DNA from: Eubacteriales bacterium | Lineage (GTDB): Bacteria > Bacillota > Clostridia > Oscillospirales > CAG-272 | DNA: 47,567 nt | Assembly (NCBI GenBank): GCA_045638405.1 | Contig: JAZUBG010000074.1 | Coordinates: 1 to 47,567, forward strand | Direction: 5' to 3' | In this document: positions 33,521-43,494 of the stretch, in pieces | Layout of the letters: each line of letters opens with the position of its first letter | How positions within the stretch are numbered: the first letter of the stretch is position 1 | Notes under the pieces: generated by a model | The model's input: only the letters and a program-made list of their open reading frames with translations | Database searches by the model: none | Told to the model about the DNA's origin: nothing | Made by a program: the position numbers and the translations under genes

Positions 33521-36265
33521 ATGGATATTATAGTCGGATTTGAGAGAAAGCAGACAGGCGGAATCATCAAAGATGTTACTGATACTTCGCACATTATAAA
33601 TTTATTACAAGGACTTACCGATGACGAAGTAACTCAAAGTGCTAAACAGCACGGAAAGAACACATTTACGGAAAAGAAAAAGAAGAGTTTTCTGCACGAG
33701 TTTTTTAAAAATCTGTCAGACCCGATAATTCGTGTACTTCTGATAGCAATGGGAATTAATATCCTATTCTCAATTGGAAGCATTAACTGGATCGAGGTCG
33801 GAGGAATAGGATTAACCGTATTCATTGCCGCTGTTGTATCCACAGTTTCAGAGTTCAGCAGTGGTGCGGCGTATGATAAGTTATTCAAAAACATTACCGA
33901 ACATGATCACACTGTAATTCGTAACGGTAACTCAGTAACAGTGAAAGTTTCCGATATAGTAAAATATGACATAATAGATCTGTCACCGGGTGAGATTATA
34001 CCATGTGACGGAATATTGCTGAACGGTTCTATTGTCTGCGATCAATCTGCACTTACAGGAGAATCAACGGCTGTACATAAAAAGGCAATCAATCTCAATC
34101 GCATTGATGAAACAACTTTAACTGTTTATTCGGATCCATCAAACGAATCATGGCTTTCACGAGGCGCATCAGTAATCTCAGGAGAGGGGCGATTTATTGC
34201 CTGTGCAGTAGGAGATAACACTTATTACGGTAATATTGCAACCGATCTTCAGAACGACTCTACACCAAGTCCATTGAAAACAAAGCTCACTTCCCTTGCC
34301 AAAACAATCAGTAAAATCGGTTATGCAGGTGCTATTATTGTTGCTCTCGGTTATTTATTAAACGTTTTTTACTTTCAAAACGGTATGGATATTTCAAAAA
34401 CAGCTATGCTTCTTAAAGATCTGCGTTTTACGTCAGGTGAAATTCTCCACGCTCTGACACTCGGTATTTCAATTGTTGTAGTTGCTGTACCTGAAGGTCT
34501 TCCAATGATGATTACAGTTGTTTTATCAGCTAATATGCGTAAAATGATGAAGCACAGTGTACTTGTCCGTCGTCTTATCGGAATAGAAACATCAGGTAGT
34601 TTAAGTATACTGTTCACAGATAAAACCGGTACCGTAACAAACGGTAAAATGAATGTTGTCAGGATAATAACCTGTGACAGAGAATATGAAAAGAATACGC
34701 CCTTGCAAAAAAACTGTTTTCTTGCTGAACAAATATCACTTGGAATAAATTTTTGCGGCGGAAAAAGCGGTGGGAATATGACAGATAAAGCAATAAGTGC
34801 CATTAAAGGAGTATCAAACACAAGCGGTAAATATGAATGCTTAGATAAGATACCCTTTGATTCCGAAAGAAAATTTGCTGCTGCAAAGTTACGGCGTATT
34901 GCTGACGGCAAAATTGTAACAGTTATCCGCGGAGCTTCAGAATTAATACAACAGATGTGTTCCGGAGCAGTATCAAGCGACGGAAGAAACATGGAATTCG
35001 GTATATATACTGTAACTCAAACGAACACCGAATCACTAAGAACAGTTTCACAAGCTATAGGAAACGATGAGACCTTCAATGATTTAAAAATCGGAAATCA
35101 TCCTAAAAATTTACGTTTTATTTGTACTTTTCAGATAAAAGATGACGTAAGATACGGAGTATACGAAGCTACCGAAGAGTGCAGGAACGCAGGCATACAA
35201 GTAGTTATGATAACCGGTGACAGTGCTGAGACAGCAGCTACAATAGCTGTGGATGCCGGAATACTTCCACGGCGTTATGCCGTGTTTGAAGAAGGTAAAG
35301 TTATACCTAAGGGTACAAAGTTAGTTTTGAAAAGCAAAGATTTGCATTCTATGTCAGACGCACAACTTACGGAACTACTTCCCGATATAGCAGTAATTTC
35401 ACGAACTACTCCATCGGATAAAAACAGGTTAATTAAAGTTGCCAGAGTTTCAGGACACGTTGTTGGAATGACCGGAGACGGAGTAAACGATGCTCCCGCA
35501 CTGAAATCTGCAGACGTAGGTTTTGCCATGGGAAGCGGGACTGTTGCAGCACGTGAAGCGGGTGATATAATTATTTCTGACGATAATTTCGTTTCCATAA
35601 CACGGGCAATCCTTTACGGGAGAACAATATTCCAAAGCATAAGAAAATTCATTTTATTTCAATTAACTATGAATCTATGTGCTTTCGGGGTATCTCTTAT
35701 CGGTCCGTTTATAGGTGTCGAAAATCCTATTACAATAACTCAGATGTTATGGATCAACATTATCATGGATACACTCGGTTCACTTGCTTTTGCGGCTGAA
35801 CCTGCACTTAAATCCTATATGAAAATGCTACCGATAAACCGTGAAGAACGGATACTTACACCTACAGTTATAAAAAGGATCCTTCTCGGCGGATCTTACA
35901 CTTTATTATTATGCACAGTCTTTCTTCTTTCGCCGCTGATGTTAAACGTTTCTACGGATGTCGGAGAGATTCATCATCTGACTATGTTTTTCTCACTGTT
36001 CGTGTTCTGTGGTATAGCGAATTCTTTCTGTGCAAGAACAGAGAGACTTAACCTGTCGGCAAGTCTCTCTGCAAATAAAACATTTATTCTTATCATGATA
36101 ATAGTGGCAGCAGTACAACTCGTTATGATCTATTACGGAGGAAGTATATTCAGAACCACACCTTTAAGTATTCGCGACGTTTTTTTGACGGCTGTTATTG
36201 CATCAACAGTTTTCGTTAGTGACTTTATTATCAAATTAACAGGTAAACTTAAAACAAAGAAATAA
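33521..36265 (+). CDS. PII-type (Ca2+-transporting-like) P-type ATPase
   Basis: TGES, VAVPEGLP (TM4), DKTGTVT phosphorylation site, MITGD, TGDGVNDAPALK; 914 aa; AAGGTGG SD. Confidence 0.9.
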   Translation: MDIIVGFERKQTGGIIKDVTDTSHIINLLQGLTDDEVTQSAKQHGKNTFTEKKKKSFLHEFFKNLSDPIIRVLLIAMGINILFSIGSINWIEVGGIGLTVFIAAVVSTVSEFSSGAAYDKLFKNITEHDHTVIRNGNSVTVKVSDIVKYDIIDLSPGEIIPCDGILLNGSIVCDQSALTGESTAVHKKAINLNRIDETTLTVYSDPSNESWLSRGASVISGEGRFIACAVGDNTYYGNIATDLQNDSTPSPLKTKLTSLAKTISKIGYAGAIIVALGYLLNVFYFQNGMDISKTAMLLKDLRFTSGEILHALTLGISIVVVAVPEGLPMMITVVLSANMRKMMKHSVLVRRLIGIETSGSLSILFTDKTGTVTNGKMNVVRIITCDREYEKNTPLQKNCFLAEQISLGINFCGGKSGGNMTDKAISAIKGVSNTSGKYECLDKIPFDSERKFAAAKLRRIADGKIVTVIRGASELIQQMCSGAVSSDGRNMEFGIYTVTQTNTESLRTVSQAIGNDETFNDLKIGNHPKNLRFICTFQIKDDVRYGVYEATEECRNAGIQVVMITGDSAETAATIAVDAGILPRRYAVFEEGKVIPKGTKLVLKSKDLHSMSDAQLTELLPDIAVISRTTPSDKNRLIKVARVSGHVVGMTGDGVNDAPALKSADVGFAMGSGTVAAREAGDIIISDDNFVSITRAILYGRTIFQSIRKFILFQLTMNLCAFGVSLIGPFIGVENPITITQMLWINIIMDTLGSLAFAAEPALKSYMKMLPINREERILTPTVIKRILLGGSYTLLLCTVFLLSPLMLNVSTDVGEIHHLTMFFSLFVFCGIANSFCARTERLNLSASLSANKTFILIMIIVAAVQLVMIYYGGSIFRTTPLSIRDVFLTAVIASTVFVSDFIIKLTGKLKTKK

Positions 36266-36288
36266 TAACCGACATAAATACGAGGTAT

Positions 36289-36397
36289 CGTGATTGAGGT
36301 AAAATCGTATACAAGCTCAGGTGGATCAGTAGTATAACCGTAATAAGATTAACCGCTGATCTCACCGGGTCTGTACTCCAGCATTACCTCAATCACG
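36289..36397. repeat. 109-nt nested inverted-repeat element between convergent genes
   Basis: Outer perfect 14-bp stem CGTGATTGAGGTAA / TTACCTCAATCACG (36289-36302 / 36384-36397). Inner stem GGTGGATCAG / CTGATCTCACC (36320-36329 / 36356-36366, one bulge). Confidence 0.85.
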
Positions 36398-36433
36398 TTT
36401 GCCGGATTATTAAGTTAGTGCCATTTTTAGAAT

Positions 36434-39376
36434 TTAAGAAAGTTTTACAAGATTTTTGAAAAGCGATTCGTTTTCTCTGATTTTTTCTTCGTTTCCGATT
36501 ACACAACAGGAGGTGAGGTCAACCACCGCCTCAAGTGACGGTGCTAACGCTTTCAGTTCATCTACAGTAACATTAAGCATAGCTGTTCTGTCACGAAGCA
36601 TATCATCATAAGTTCTGCCTGACATCCACAAAGCGAGAGCTCTGGAAACTTTCATATACGCACTCATAGGTCTGTCAAGTCTTCCGAAAGTACCAATGAT
36701 ATGTTTTTTCAGTTCATCATCGCTAAGGCTCAGGTTCCTTACATAATCAGCTGATTTCCTGAAAACATCCAAGCTCTCACTAAGACAAGGATCTCTGTAA
36801 GTAACCATAGATACGTTTCCTGAGTTTACTGAGAAAGAACATGAATAGCCGTAGGCACCGCCCTTCATACGAATCTCAGGATAAAGATAATCGTTTTTGA
36901 GTACGGAAGACAGTATCTGATACCTTCCATCGTAAGTAAATCCCTTAGAAATTAGATTTCCCGCAGTAGCCACGTACTGAACTTTTGACGTAGTAAGAAA
37001 ACCTTCATTCAAAATTCCAAGCGGTGAACGTACAGCCTCAGGCGGCAATTCTTTTTCGGGAAGACAATCGATAAACTTACCGACAAGTTTTGCGGCACTG
37101 TCAAAAATTTCATTGTCAGCGGCAATACTTATGTTACAGATATTTTTCACGAAAATCACATCGATCAGTTTCTTAAGCTCTTTTGAAATCACATCTCTGC
37201 TGTTTTCATAATTATTCATCAGATCTTTCTCAAACATATACGAAGTAATACCGTCAAGATAATCTTCCGAAGCATCAGCAGCGCTAAAATAAGCGAGCGC
37301 ACGTGCTGACGAATATTCCGAACCTGAACTAACAATATCGCGGAGCTTTTCCGAAATCATTTCGGTGATAATCTCACGTATTCTTACTTTATCATCGAAA
37401 CGAGTTTCGAAAATCACCTCTTTGACAAGCTCAAGAGCTCGCTCAAGCTTATTCTCAAGGACTCTCAGGTTAATCTCATATATGGGACGGAACGTATCTC
37501 CCCCATCTTTTATACGATACATTTCACAGGAGAAACCAAATCCGCCCGTATTCATTCTCACTTCGTCTAAAATATCTTCATATAGGTGCGAAAAAGTATC
37601 AACTTTGCCGAGAACCGAGGAAAGAATATCGAGATACGGAAACATTTCGTTTTCAATATGTGATATATCAAACATCAATCTTAAATAAACGATTCCATTT
37701 GTTTTCACGTCGTGAATGATTGAAGTAACTCCGTTGATTTCTCCAATTTTGTAAGATACAGGAGTCGGAGTTTTTGATATATCATCAATAGACAGCATAG
37801 GTATACATGACAGTTCTTCTTCGGTTTCTACCCTGTCTTGATACTCAGTGAAAGAATCGAATTCATCACAGATCGCGTTATATTCCTCATCGGTAATGGA
37901 AGAACGAAAATCACGTAATTTTTCATTTAATTGCTCGACGTTCTTTTCATTAAGACCTGCTTCGGGGGACATAACAAAAAGAACTTTAGAATCAGAGTCA
38001 AGCAATTTTGTAATAAGAGACTCATAATAACCCGTATCGGCAAGACGTCTGAGTTCGGCGAGAAGCTCGTCTGCTTTAAGATATGCAAACGGATCTTCGT
38101 CAGAATACATCCAGTTTTGTAGCATACTGAGATTAACATTGAGTCCTCTAGGGGTTGAACCCTGCTCTCCCTCTCTGAAACGGAATTCACTCCGTTCAAT
38201 TGCAGCGAGGAGGGATTTTTTATTTATACCATTCTTTATAATTTCCGAAAGTGTATTGTTGATAATGGAAATGAATTTTTCTTCGTCATCGGCATTTGTA
38301 TTTTTTGCAATTATCGAAAAGGCAGGCTTCTTCATATGGTTAAGAAAACCTCCAAAAACTTCTTCGCCTATCCCAGCCGAAATCAAAGCGTTTTTAATCG
38401 GAGCACCGGGTGATTCTACCAGAATGTCTGACAGAAAATCATACGCCATACATTCAACCGTATCAGCGGCATCTGAACATACAGCACCGTATGCAAAAAA
38501 GTTTTTCCCTTCTGCATCTTCATCAGGCATCACGGCATACTTTTTCTCAACACGAACAATATCACCGTTGCCGAGATTTGAATCGGGAATATCAAAATCG
38601 CATTTTTCGGAATCATACTTAGAAAGGTATTCTCTGTCAATGTATTCAAGTCTCTCTCTGTGATCCATATTACCGTAGAGCGTTATATAGCAGTTAGACG
38701 GATGGTAATGACCCTTGAAATACTCCAAAAAAGTCTCGTAAGTGAGTTCAGGAATATGTTCGGGATCACCACCCGAATTCTTGCCGTAAGCATTATCGGG
38801 AAAAAGTGCCGTTATAAGTCCGTCGTATACAATTGAATCAGGCGATGACATGGCACCTAACATTTCACTGTATACTACACCCCCGATTCCAAGACCGTTT
38901 TCTCCGTCAGGTTCATAATGCCAACCTTCCTGCATAAATATCTCTTTATGTTTTGCTATATTAGGTGCAAAAACAGCATCGAGATATATGTTCGACAGAT
39001 TGATAAAATCAGTTTCATTGCACGAAGCAACGGGATATACAGTCTTATCGGCATATGTCATAGCATTAAGAAATGTCTGCATAGAACTCTTCACGAGTTG
39101 CATGAATGGATCTTTGATCGGATACTTTTCCGATCCGCAAAGAACTGAGTGTTCTATGATATGAGGCGTTCCGCAGTTGTCTATCGGAGGTGTTTTGAAA
39201 GCTGCAGAAAATAATTTATTATCATCATCATTAATGAATACCGCAACTCTTGCTCCGCTTTTAACATGGCGAAGGATAAATGCGTTACTGTCAATGCATC
39301 TGATATATTCTTCTTTTTCAATTCTGTATTCCTTCGGAACAAAAGTTCGTAGTTCCGTATTTTTGTTACTCTTCAT
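36434..39376 (-). CDS. M16C-family (PreP-like insulinase) zinc metallopeptidase
   Basis: HIIEH (HxxEH) zinc motif near the N-terminus; 980 aa, four-domain size typical of M16C. Confidence 0.85.
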   Translation of the reverse strand: MKSNKNTELRTFVPKEYRIEKEEYIRCIDSNAFILRHVKSGARVAVFINDDDNKLFSAAFKTPPIDNCGTPHIIEHSVLCGSEKYPIKDPFMQLVKSSMQTFLNAMTYADKTVYPVASCNETDFINLSNIYLDAVFAPNIAKHKEIFMQEGWHYEPDGENGLGIGGVVYSEMLGAMSSPDSIVYDGLITALFPDNAYGKNSGGDPEHIPELTYETFLEYFKGHYHPSNCYITLYGNMDHRERLEYIDREYLSKYDSEKCDFDIPDSNLGNGDIVRVEKKYAVMPDEDAEGKNFFAYGAVCSDAADTVECMAYDFLSDILVESPGAPIKNALISAGIGEEVFGGFLNHMKKPAFSIIAKNTNADDEEKFISIINNTLSEIIKNGINKKSLLAAIERSEFRFREGEQGSTPRGLNVNLSMLQNWMYSDEDPFAYLKADELLAELRRLADTGYYESLITKLLDSDSKVLFVMSPEAGLNEKNVEQLNEKLRDFRSSITDEEYNAICDEFDSFTEYQDRVETEEELSCIPMLSIDDISKTPTPVSYKIGEINGVTSIIHDVKTNGIVYLRLMFDISHIENEMFPYLDILSSVLGKVDTFSHLYEDILDEVRMNTGGFGFSCEMYRIKDGGDTFRPIYEINLRVLENKLERALELVKEVIFETRFDDKVRIREIITEMISEKLRDIVSSGSEYSSARALAYFSAADASEDYLDGITSYMFEKDLMNNYENSRDVISKELKKLIDVIFVKNICNISIAADNEIFDSAAKLVGKFIDCLPEKELPPEAVRSPLGILNEGFLTTSKVQYVATAGNLISKGFTYDGRYQILSSVLKNDYLYPEIRMKGGAYGYSCSFSVNSGNVSMVTYRDPCLSESLDVFRKSADYVRNLSLSDDELKKHIIGTFGRLDRPMSAYMKVSRALALWMSGRTYDDMLRDRTAMLNVTVDELKALAPSLEAVVDLTSCCVIGNEEKIRENESLFKNLVKLS

Positions 39377-39724
39377 TACGTACTCCTTTTGAATCTGACT
39401 TTGTGTTAATATTATGTACTCAAAACATTAAAATGTCAACAGTAACTGTAAATATTTTCAGAAATTACATATAAAAACATTGTAAAAATATCTAATGTAT
39501 GCTATACTTGAATTTGTATGTTGGATTTTTTGTGTTGACAGTACTTTCATAGAATGCTTTATCTGTTAATACCGAACTTTATCTGTGTCGAAGTTCAAAA
39601 TCAAGCATTCTCGGCTCGATTTTCAGCAAGTGTTGCGAGAATCCGAAAAGTCACTCCACTCAATGACCGTGAGCCGACCGCATATTTTCCCTACCGTTTC
39701 AGACGGATTTACTTGGAGGTGCAA

Positions 39725-41539
39725 ATGAAAAATAGCTCCAAAATTTCACTGATACGCAAATTCTTAAAAGGCTCCGTTCATCTGTTCATTTTAAGTATGG
39801 CGGCTACTTTATTTGTTTCGATTTTTGAGTTAATCTATCCACAGGTCATTAGACTGCTTACCGACTCAATCATCGGGAACGAGGCGGTTAATAGCGAATC
39901 AATTGCAGGTATTTTTGTAATTAAGACATTTGGGATTGATTTTCTGAAGTCCAATTTGTGGATGGTTGCGGTTATCATTATCGGTTTTGCCTTTTTTATC
40001 GGAATATTTAAATATTTGTCCGGTGTACTAAACACAGCGGCATCCGAAAAACTTACCGAAACCACGAGAAACGCCCTGTTTGACAGAATCGAACATCTTC
40101 CCTTTTCATGGCATACTGCTAATCCTACCGGTGACATTATCCAAAGATGTACATCGGATGTAGAAACACTAAAAAGATTCTTATCTGAACAGTTGACCCA
40201 GGTAGTCAGTACTTTCCTTCTCATCGTGTTTTCCCTTTTCTTCCTTGTGGAAATACATCCGAGATTTGCATTAATTGCAGGACTGTCAATTCCTCTTGTC
40301 GTAGGCTTTTCGGGCGGCTTCCACAAGCTTATCAGCAAAGGCTTTGCAAAGTGTGACGAAAACGAGGGCATTCTTTCTTCCATCGTACAGGAAAACCTCA
40401 CGGGTGTAAGAGTAGTACGTGCTTTCGGACGTGAAAAAGCTGAGATTGACAAGTTTACCGCGCAGAATCAAACATATACAAACACATGGATAAATCTTTG
40501 TAAGGTACTCGCAAGTTTCTGGGCTACCAACGATATTATCTCATGCGTTCAGGTAATGGTAGTTATAGTTACAGGTGTTTACCTCTGCGTCGACGGTAAC
40601 ATAACTGCAGGTGACTTTATCGCAGCAGTTTCCTATAATGCTACTCTCACGTGGCCCGTGAGACGTCTCGGCAGAATGATCTCGGAAATGAGCAAAGCGT
40701 CAATCGCTCTCGGTCGTCTTGGATACATAATTGATTCTGAACCTGAAAAGGACAAAGTTACTGCTGTTTCTGCCGATCTTACAGGTGACATTGAATTTAA
40801 GAATGTTACTTTCTCGTATGATGGCAAGAAAAAGGTTCTCGACAACGTGTCCTTCACCGTTAAATCAGGAACAACCCTCGGTATTCTCGGCGGTACGGGC
40901 AGCGGCAAATCTACCCTCGTTCAGCTTCTTTGCAGACTTTACGAGCTTGGCGCTGACGGAGGTAGTATAACCGTTTCGGGAATCGACGTTAAAGACCTGA
41001 AAGCCAAGTCCATCAGAGACAATATCGGTATCGTTCTTCAGGAGCCTTTCCTTTTCTCAAGAACAATTTCGGAAAATATCGCAATTTCAACCGAAAATGC
41101 GACTGAAGACGATATAAAACGTGCTGTTGAGATCGCGTGTCTTGACAAGGCGATCTCCGAGTTCAAGAACGGATACGACACGGTCGTCGGTGAGCGAGGT
41201 GTAACCCTCTCGGGCGGTCAGAAACAGAGAGTCGCAATTGCGAGAATTTTGCTTCGCGGGACTCCAGTAATTATCTTCGATGATTCTCTTTCTGCAGTAG
41301 ACGCTGAAACTGACTCACTGATCAGACATGCTATCAAGCGAGAACTTGCTAAATCGACCGTTATCATTATCTCTCACAGGATCTCATCCATTATGCACGC
41401 TGACAACATCATCGTACTCGACCACGGTAAGATCGCCGAATCCGGAACGCATAACGAACTGCTTGAGACAGACGGAATCTATAAGAGAGTATTTGATCTC
41501 CAGCACACCGATCATACAACTTATGAGGAGGTGGAGTGA
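39725..41539 (+). CDS. ABC exporter half-transporter (TMD-NBD), the subunit with degenerate Walker B
   Basis: GGTGSGKST, LSGGQKQR, VIIFDDSLS (D replaces the catalytic E), ISHRISS. The ATG at 39725 has a GGAGGT SD. The ORF-track start at 39554 is an unsupported extension. Confidence 0.9.
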   Translation: MKNSSKISLIRKFLKGSVHLFILSMAATLFVSIFELIYPQVIRLLTDSIIGNEAVNSESIAGIFVIKTFGIDFLKSNLWMVAVIIIGFAFFIGIFKYLSGVLNTAASEKLTETTRNALFDRIEHLPFSWHTANPTGDIIQRCTSDVETLKRFLSEQLTQVVSTFLLIVFSLFFLVEIHPRFALIAGLSIPLVVGFSGGFHKLISKGFAKCDENEGILSSIVQENLTGVRVVRAFGREKAEIDKFTAQNQTYTNTWINLCKVLASFWATNDIISCVQVMVVIVTGVYLCVDGNITAGDFIAAVSYNATLTWPVRRLGRMISEMSKASIALGRLGYIIDSEPEKDKVTAVSADLTGDIEFKNVTFSYDGKKKVLDNVSFTVKSGTTLGILGGTGSGKSTLVQLLCRLYELGADGGSITVSGIDVKDLKAKSIRDNIGIVLQEPFLFSRTISENIAISTENATEDDIKRAVEIACLDKAISEFKNGYDTVVGERGVTLSGGQKQRVAIARILLRGTPVIIFDDSLSAVDAETDSLIRHAIKRELAKSTVIIISHRISSIMHADNIIVLDHGKIAESGTHNELLETDGIYKRVFDLQHTDHTTYEEVE

Positions 41540-43353
41540 TGAAAGAAAATAACACAACAAAGCTGCCCTTTTTCGGCATTACAAAGCTACTCCCTCACCT
41601 GAAACCTTACCGAATCATGATACCCGTCATGGTACTCTTCGGACTACTCGGAACGGCAACTGATATCATCATTCCAATGTTTCAGAAATACGCGATCAAC
41701 AATTTTATCAAGAATGAAACAGTCAGCGGTATCGTTGCTTTTATCCTCGCTTATCTTGTAGTAATTCTAATCCAGGCACTTGCCAACCTCATTTCCTGTT
41801 TCCTTGCTTGTAAGATAGAGCTTGGAGTAGGACGCGACCTCAAACAGAAGAGCTTTGAGCATCTTCAGACGCTCTCCTTCTCCTACTTCAACAGAAACAA
41901 CACAGGATACGTTCACGCACGTGTAATGAGTGACACTGACAGAATAGGTACTCTCGTTTCATGGGGACTTATGGACGGCGTGTGGAACCTCTCCTACGTT
42001 GTAGGCGTTATCTTCACAATGCTTTTCATGAACTGGAAGCTCGGTCTTCTTATCCTTGCAATCATTCCCTTCGCAGTCCTGCTTTCATGGGTATTCCAGA
42101 AAAAGCTCGTCACCATGCACAGACAGATAAGAGAAGAAAACTCCAAGATCACTTCAAACTTCAGCGAAGGAATCTCAGGTGCCGATACTATCAAGACCTT
42201 AACCGTCGAAGATAAGATTGGCGACGAATTCCGTCATCAGACCGGGGTTATGCGCAAAGTTTCTGTTAAGAGCGCGCACTACAATTCCCTCTTCTCCGCA
42301 ACTCTGTCCCTTTGTTCTTACACTGCTTTGGCTCTCGTTCTCTGGAAAGGCGGTCTTATCACTATCGACGGCCTGATGCTTATCGGTACCCTTTCCGTAT
42401 TCATTCAGTACGCGCTTGGTATCATGGGGCCTGTTCAGTGGTTTGTAAGCTCAATTACAATGCTAATCGGAGCGCAGGTAAACATCGAAAGATTCACAAC
42501 TCTCATGGAGACAACATCTGACGTTACGGACACTCCGGAAGTAATCGAGAAGTATGGCGACACATTCTCTCCCAAACGCGAAAACTGGGAAGAGCTACAC
42601 GGACATATCGAGTTTCGTGACGTTTCTTTCAAGTATCCTGACGGTGAAGAGCTTGTACTTGATCACTTTGACCTCGACGTACCAAAGGGTACCAACGTAG
42701 CTATCGTCGGTGAAACAGGAGCGGGTAAATCAACTCTTGTAAACCTTGTGTGCCGTTTCTTTGAACCTACCGAAGGAAGCGTTTACATCGACGGCAGAGA
42801 CGCTAAGGAGCGTTCTCAGCTGTGGTTGCATTCCAACATCGGATACGTTCTTCAGACACCGCACCTTTTCTCAGGCACAATCAGAGATAATCTGAAATAC
42901 GGCAATCCCAATGCGACCGACGAAGAGATCATGGCGGCTCTGAAAACCGTATCTGCGAATAAGATCATAGACAGGCTTGAAGCAGGCCTTGACAGCGAAG
43001 CCGGTGAAGGCGGCGGCAATATGTCAACCGGTGAAAAACAGCTTCTCTCGTTTGCAAGAGCAATACTTGCCGATCCAAGAATACTGATTCTCGACGAGGC
43101 TACATCCTCTGTTGATACTGAAACAGAAAAGCTGATACAGGATGCCATAAAAACCGTAATTGCAGGCAGAACTTCCTTCATAATTGCTCACAGACTTTCA
43201 ACTATCGTTGATTCAGACGTTATCCTTGCTGTTAAAGCCGGAAAGATCGTTGAATCAGGTACTCACAGTGAGCTGATGAAAAAGAACGGTTATTATGCTA
43301 TGCTTTATAAACGTCAGTTTGAGGATGAGGCATTCGAAAAACTGAATATTTAA
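41536..43353 (+). CDS. ABC exporter half-transporter (TMD-NBD), the subunit with degenerate signature
   Basis: GETGAGKST, MSTGEKQL (degenerate signature), ILILDEATSS, IAHRLST. ATGA start/stop overlap with the upstream gene. Confidence 0.9.
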   Translation: MMKENNTTKLPFFGITKLLPHLKPYRIMIPVMVLFGLLGTATDIIIPMFQKYAINNFIKNETVSGIVAFILAYLVVILIQALANLISCFLACKIELGVGRDLKQKSFEHLQTLSFSYFNRNNTGYVHARVMSDTDRIGTLVSWGLMDGVWNLSYVVGVIFTMLFMNWKLGLLILAIIPFAVLLSWVFQKKLVTMHRQIREENSKITSNFSEGISGADTIKTLTVEDKIGDEFRHQTGVMRKVSVKSAHYNSLFSATLSLCSYTALALVLWKGGLITIDGLMLIGTLSVFIQYALGIMGPVQWFVSSITMLIGAQVNIERFTTLMETTSDVTDTPEVIEKYGDTFSPKRENWEELHGHIEFRDVSFKYPDGEELVLDHFDLDVPKGTNVAIVGETGAGKSTLVNLVCRFFEPTEGSVYIDGRDAKERSQLWLHSNIGYVLQTPHLFSGTIRDNLKYGNPNATDEEIMAALKTVSANKIIDRLEAGLDSEAGEGGGNMSTGEKQLLSFARAILADPRILILDEATSSVDTETEKLIQDAIKTVIAGRTSFIIAHRLSTIVDSDVILAVKAGKIVESGTHSELMKKNGYYAMLYKRQFEDEAFEKLNI

Positions 43354-43363
43354 TAAAACTCAA

Positions 43364-43402
43364 AAAACTCTGTTTTACATCTAAGTAAAGCAGAGTTTTT
43401 TT
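43364..43402 (+). terminator. Intrinsic terminator after the ABC pair
   Basis: AAAACTCTG / CAGAGTTTT stem followed by TTT. Confidence 0.75.
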
Positions 43403-43494
43403 GACGAAACGTTTAAAAATTACCGAAAATCAATATACAAAATATAGAAAATATGATATAATTAAGTCAGTGTTGAACATTGGGAGGTATATCA

